Below, one piece after another: positions 61,886 through 64,000 of a stretch of 64,000 nucleotides of DNA. The stretch is from assembly GCA_950097015.1 (NCBI GenBank), contig CATNEN010000038.1:20336001-20400000 (forward strand), read 5' to 3'. The notes below the pieces were generated by a model. That model was not told where the DNA came from. It saw nothing but the letters and a program-made list of their open reading frames with translations, and made no database searches. Origin of the DNA: Macrostomum hystrix. Taxonomy: Eukaryota > Animalia > Platyhelminthes. How positions within the stretch are numbered: the first letter of the stretch is position 1; every line of letters starts with the position of its first letter. A program made the position numbers and the translations under genes.

Positions 61886-64000
61886 ATGTCTCATCACTCG
61901 GATACTTTGTCAGTGGACACTTTCAAAGTCGGTGGCGGTGGCTTTAGCTGCGGAGCTATCAGCGAATTTTTGGCGCTACGCGCCGGACCTTTTTGGCGAC
62001 GTCGGGCGAGCGAGTTGATTCGCGCCGGCTGCATTGCCGCCATCGCCTGCCTGATGACTTTTATTAGCGTTGCCGCAGCTGCTACTAACAGTAATAATGC
62101 TAGTAATACTACTGACAGTAGTGCTGATGACAAATTTAATTCCACTGAATCCGACGCAGCCAAAATGTTTCTAATTGGCTGCCTAAAGTTGATCGCTCTG
62201 GCCCGCCTATACGAAGCCTGCTGTCGGGCTAGTCGACTGGGTGTCACCCGGTGGCTTGGTCCGGCCGCTGTCATGACCATGGCCTGCTGTCCTCTAGTTT
62301 GGCTGTGCAGAATTAGCGGCGTCGGCGGGCCATTAACTCTCTGCCGTCCAACTGAATTAGCGGCCTATTTTGTATTGATGCTGGATTTAAATTGCCTGTT
62401 TAGAGCGGCTGTGGCTGCGACATCAACAGCGACTGCTACTACTCATGAGTCTGTTAGTTGCAAAAATGTTGCTCCTAGTTGCCAACTGGACAGGGTGAGG
62501 CTTACTGAAACTGACGTCGATCATATGCACTTTCTGTCTGACGATCTCTTAATGCTCTCACTGACTTGTCATACCACCGACCTTGTCAAATTCATCGACA
62601 AGACACTACTCAGCTTGCACCCCTTGTCACTCTCCAGCGACCTTGTCACACTCCAGTTAACCGTGTCACACTCCAGCGACCTTCTCACACTACACTAACC
62701 TTGTCACTCTCCAGCGACCTTGTCACACTCCACTCACCTTGTCACACTCCACTCACCTTGTCACTCTCCAGCGACCTTGTCACACTCCAGCGACCTTGTC
62801 ACACTCCACTCACCTTGTCACTCTCCAGCGACCTTGTCACACTCCAGTGACCTTGTCACACTCCACTCACCTTGTCACTCTCCAGCGACCTTGTCACACT
62901 CCACTCACCTTGTCACACTCCAGCGACCTTGTCACACTCCAGTGACCTTGTCACACTCCACTCACCTTGTCACACTCTACTCACCTTGTCACACTCTACT
63001 CACCTTGTCACACTTCAGTCACCTTGTCACACTCCACTCACCTTGTCACACTCCACTCACCTTGTCACACTCCAGTGACCTTGTCACACTCCACTCACCT
63101 TGTCACACTGCAGGTCATCGCTGGGCCCGTTATCTCCATGGCCACCGCCTACGCATTCAAAGGCGCCAGTTTTTTTATTGGCGGCCGCATAGCTGCCAAC
63201 AATGTATCACCGCAGCTGTGCCAGGTGTGCTACACTATGGCTTTGGCGTTGACTACGTGCGCCTGTTTGCACGTTACCCTGCTGCCCGCCTTCTTAGTAA
63301 GACTATCCGACACCGGTCCTGTTCGTCGGTTGGTTCCCATTGCATTGGATAGTGCCCCAACTGATGCTAGCTACTATTATCAGTACTACGGCAGCAGGAA
63401 ACAGGAGATCAAAGCTGTGATGGTTGCCGGGGTGCTGCTCCTGCAGTCGCTGGGTGGCGAAGCTGGCGATCACCTACTAGGCAGATTGTGCTCTCTAATG
63501 TCTTCCCCAGCTTGGGATCTGTGCTTAGCCCTGCCATATTGCATCTACCTGTGCGTACAGTTCGCGGTGTGCGAGCAGGCTTCGAATCTTGTTGAAATTG
63601 GCACGAATGATAGTAAGGTCAGTCCTGTTAGCTCGGCTGCTGCTTCCATCAGCCCTAGTTGCAGTGTTTACACGCAGACTGAACCAGTCTGGCGCAAGCG
63701 CGTTCTGTCGGAGACTTCTTCGTGTTTGTCTTCGGCGCCATCGCCGCAGCATTTAACTGAATTGCGACATACCTTGCGTCAGCAGAGTCTGTCCGTATCT
63801 ATTCAGCAACAGCAGCAGCAACAGCGATCCTTAGATGAGCTTCTTCGACTGCTCCGAAGTGACGGCGGCGCCGCAGCTGGTTGCCTAGGCAACGCGGAAT
63901 ATCTAAGCCTGATGCGCGCCGGCCATGTTAAGCCGCGCCAGCTTGAAAGCCTGACTGGCTGTCCAAACAGGTCGGTAGAGTTGCGACGGCTGCACCTGGC
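61886..64000 (+). CDS. HMGCR: 3-hydroxy-3-methylglutaryl-CoA reductase, 5' part (membrane domain, linker, start of catalytic N-domain)
   Basis: Exon 61886-62494, phase-0 intron, exon 63114 open to the window end. Multiple TM segments; RKQEIKAVMVAGVLLL resembles QRVKMIMSLGLVLV; GNAEYLSLMRAGHVKPRQLESLTGCPNRSVELRRLHL resembles [38 protein letters not shown]. Confidence 0.85.
62620..63110. repeat. 19-bp minisatellite (CCTTGTCACACTCCACTCA / CCTTGTCACTCTCCAGCGA)n in HMGCR intron
   Basis: Direct reading. Confidence 0.95.

Overview
Eukaryotic (animal) genomic DNA with spliceosomal introns, about one third of it occupied by roughly 20 different tandem micro/minisatellite arrays. The style suggests a free-living flatworm such as Macrostomum, but this is inference only. 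Left end: a Ty3/Gypsy (Mag-like) LTR retrotransposon with an open gag-pol frame is nested in the RT ORF of a Penelope-like element. That element carries an upstream ORF1 with an SGNH-esterase-like domain and a minimal hammerhead ribozyme, and it abuts a (TAGA)n tract. Four host genes can be spliced together by hand: a 3-exon class A peptide-type GPCR (-), a cysteine-rich secreted/membrane-anchored protein with at least 4 exons (-), PSMD13/Rpn9 (6 exons, +), and the 5' part of HMG-CoA reductase (+) starting about 725 bp after the PSMD13 stop. PSMD13 intron 1 holds an apparently full-length ~1.87 kb Crypton-type tyrosine-recombinase transposon with 6-bp terminal direct repeats, a terminal hairpin and all catalytic residues, but two ORF lesions. 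tRNA-derived SINEs and RTE-type LINE remnants are scattered through the window. Most long ORFs in the supplied track are satellite artefacts.
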